Assembly (NCBI RefSeq): GCF_018350175.1
Contig: NC_058374.1
Span: 68,448,001-68,512,000, forward strand
Length of the DNA stretch: 64,000 nucleotides
Source: Felis catus
Lineage: Eukaryota
Reading direction: 5' to 3'
Part shown: positions 62,211-64,000 of the stretch, one piece after another
How positions within the stretch are numbered: the first letter of the stretch is position 1
How the letters are laid out: each line of letters opens with the position of its first letter
Translations under genes and position numbers: made by a program
The notes under the pieces: model-generated
Databases searched by the model: none
Told to the model about the DNA's origin: nothing
What the model saw: the letters and a program-made list of their open reading frames with translations, nothing else

Positions 62211-62885
62211 CAAATAGTTACTTTTAAGGTTATATTATTTTGAAACTACAGTTTCTCTTCAAGGAAAAGAAAGTGTTCTGAAATAAATTTAAGTTGGAAC
62301 TGGATAAAGAGGCAAAAGGAAATCTTGGAATGTATTATTGGTGGAATTTTTTGGCATTTTCTTATGTGGAAATGCATTAAGAAAATTTGGCATTTTCTTA
62401 ATAAGGTAGATATATGGTGTTTTTGCTTTATCAAGCTCCGCCCTTAAGGTGGAATAGATGGATAATTGTTGGCACGTGCTCTACCAAGCTTCAGAGATAA
62501 ATTAAGGTTTTTGGAATGGTACATTCAGGAAAGTGAAAATCTAGTGATAGGCAATTCGATATTGAATCAAAATGCAAAGTATTATATAGCATAGTAAAGT
62601 TTTTAAATAAATATACAAGTTAAATTCAATATAGTTATATATAATGAGTTTTTATAGTCTCTAGTCTATGAGGAAGAGGCAGACAGAGGGAATAGGTTTA
62701 GGTTGTTAGTATGAAAGATTTAGGTTCCATTGAAAGAAGACTTTCCTAAATATTAATCTGTTACAGAAGCTGTTAACAAGGAAGGTTTTAGAATATCCTT
62801 CTTTAAACATTACTAAAAAATATTTTTGCATTCCTCTGTAGCTGTGGAAATGATACTCTGTGCTAACTTTAAAGTCTGAGTTGAA

Positions 62886-63372
62886 TAGGGGCACATGTTA
62901 CCCCAATGTTTATAGCAGCACTTTCAACAATAGCCAAATTATGGAAAAAGCCTAAATGTTCATCAACTGACGAATGGATAAAGAAGATGTGGTTTACATA
63001 TATGATGGAATACTACTTGGCAATGAGAAAAAAATGAAATCTGGCCATTTGCAGCAACATGGATGGAACTGGAGGGTATTATGCTAAGTGAAATAAGTCA
63101 GGCAGAGAAAGACAGATACCATATGTCTTCACTCATATGCGGATCCTGAGAAACTTAACAGAAGATGGGGGGAGCGGAAGGCGGAAAAAAAGTTACAGAG
63201 AGGGAGGCAGCCAAACCATAAGAGACTGTTAAGGACTGAGAACAACTGAGGGTTGATGGGGGTTGGGGGAGAGGGGATAGTGGGTGATGGGCATGGAGGA
63301 GGACACTTAATGGGATGAGCACTGGGTGTTGTATGGAAACCAATTTGACAATAAATTATATATATTTTTTAA
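62886..63372 (+). mobile_element. 5'-truncated carnivore L1 (ORF2 C-terminus plus 3'UTR)
   Basis: Translates PMFIAALSTIAKLWKKPKC...DEWIKKMW, with frameshifts. AATAAA at 63350. Degenerate TSD aaagtc---ttgaa. Confidence 0.95.
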
Positions 63373-63626
63373 AAAGTCCAAATTGAAGTCCTGAGGTCAC
63401 ATTTCTGGAAGACCTGGGCTCATTCATTTCAGGCCTATGACTGGTTTGACTGGTTTGAGGCTGTTCCACAGCAGTTTTTAAGTCATTTTATGGCAGTATA
63501 TGAAAAACCATTTGCTTCAATTAAACTCCATGAAGTGCATTCATTCAAGAAAAGGTTGATTGACTTCCTAATCAGTAATTAGTGTCTTATTCTTCTAAAT
63601 TCCTGGCACATAGATTTTCTTTTTCC

Positions 63627-63664
63627 AATGAATGAATGAATGAATGAATGAATGAATGAATGAA
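63627..63664. repeat. (AATG)n microsatellite, probably L2-tail derived
   Basis: Direct reading; preceded by cctggcacatag. Confidence 0.9.
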
Positions 63665-64000
63665 CAGATGTATTACCTGCTGGAGACAGGGCCACAAGCA
63701 AAGCAGATAAAAAATTCCTGGCATGGGAATGTTACCAGCTATTGGAAGGTTAGATTAATAAGTAACTGAAGTATGTGTGACGGCATGAATATTAGGAGAG
63801 AAAATCTTAGAGGAAGGATGGGTTGGAGAGGGTGCCTGGACAGCAGCATGCAATGCTAACTAGAATTATTAAGCAAAGCTTTGTTGAAGGTTCCAATGTG
63901 CAAAAGCTTTGAGATTGCCCAGGGACTACAAGGGCAATCAAAGGACTGTGTCTCTTACTATGAGTGAGATGGAAAATCACTGGAGGGAGCTGAGCTGCAG

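Overview
This is AT-rich mammalian genomic DNA, almost certainly from a cat-family (felid) genome, judged from 22 Can-SINE/SINEC copies (including young SINEC_Fc-type ones) and carnivore L1 3' ends. The window holds the 5' coding half of contactin-1 (CNTN1) on the + strand. Eleven coding exons (numbered 2-12 by analogy to human) splice with canonical GT-AG sites into one open frame of 1379 nt. It encodes the signal peptide, the 33-nt alternative exon ([11 protein letters not shown]), Ig domains 1-4 and the first half of Ig5. The main non-coding exon 1 and exons 13 onward are outside the window. The rest is intronic: SINEs, L1/L2/MIR fragments, an MLT1 LTR, MER5-type elements, a nearly full-length dead Tigger1 transposon, microsatellites and seven N-gaps. 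I found no convincing novel gene or system. The best leads are: a CpG-rich unique patch about 6 kb upstream of exon 2 that looks like an alternative promoter or 5' exon; a near-identical inverted young SINE pair beside exon 8; a candidate intronic-polyadenylation terminal exon after exon 10; and a recurring 'direct repeat with short inverted junction' template-switch signature. Repeat subfamily names come from recalled consensus sequences, and repeat boundaries are approximate.
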